NCBI GenBank assembly: GCA_963841435.1
Contig: CAWJCS010000003.1
Location: forward strand, 960,001 to 1,024,000
Reading direction: 5' to 3'
DNA from: an uncultured delta proteobacterium
GTDB lineage: Bacteria; Myxococcota_A; Polyangia; Polyangiales; Polyangiaceae
DNA: 64,000 nt
The position numbers and the translations under genes are program-made. Below the pieces are notes generated by a model, which saw only the letters and a list, made by a program, of their open reading frames with translations, was not told the origin of the DNA and ran no database searches. Within the stretch, counting starts at the first letter, position 1. Each line of letters starts with the position of its first letter. Positions 63,759 to 64,000 of this stretch are shown one piece after another.

Positions 63759-64000
63759 ATGCTGCCCCCCGGCTTCGCCCCGAGCGACGTTCACCGCGAG
63801 CGCTTCCAGGTCGAGCTCGACTACCCGGTCGTCTTCTTGCGCGCTGCGCTCAGGCCGTCGGCGTCCGAGCTCGCCTGGGCGGTGGCGCGCGACGCGCCGG
63901 CGCGGCGGCATCCGGTGTTCGCCGTGCTCGACGCCGGCCTCGTCTCGGCCCAGCCCGCCTTGCCCGGCGCGCTCGCCGCCTACGTCGCGGAGCACGCCGA
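63759..64000 (+). CDS. 3-dehydroquinate synthase-like (AroB/EboD type), partial
   Basis: Manual translation RFQVELDYPVVF...RRHPVFAVLDAGL..AQP.L matches the N-terminus I recall for this subfamily; truncated by the window end. Confidence 0.6.
   Translation, partial: MLPPGFAPSDVHRERFQVELDYPVVFLRAALRPSASELAWAVARDAPARRHPVFAVLDAGLVSAQPALPGALAAYVAEHA

Overview
High-GC chromosomal segment (roughly 70% by eye) that looks myxobacterial (Myxococcota, Polyangiaceae-like). The basis is a FrzS-type pseudo-receiver/coiled-coil protein, a Hanks kinase, an MJ0042 zinc-ribbon protein, a fibro-slime protein, TonB-receptor fusions and many Gly-rich lipoproteins. Housekeeping genes (class A PBP, pgeF, hisIE, cdd, PNP, infA, priA, aspartate kinase, msrPQ, pheT) are interleaved with accessory loci. 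The most striking locus is a minus-strand three-gene unit (6110-12566): two hydrazine-synthase-alpha (HzsA)-like beta-propeller/c-type-heme lipoproteins flank an exported HEAT-repeat protein. It has a sigma54/IHF-type promoter, non-canonical CX4CH/CX8CH motifs, no hzsB/hzsC, and a near-perfect 180-bp palindromic tandem repeat starting at its last stop codon. Other oddities: an orphan fliO-sctR/fliP pair, a membrane-anchored Tudor-knot-like protein, a Clp ATPase with a degenerate first AAA ring, a heavily frameshifted TonB-receptor/ECF/FecR cassette, a lower-GC trypsin-protease islet, and an in-frame TGA in a lytic transglycosylase. Several frameshifts may be sequencing errors. No rRNA, tRNA, CRISPR array or transposase was recognised. 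All family calls come from motif recognition by eye, not database searches.
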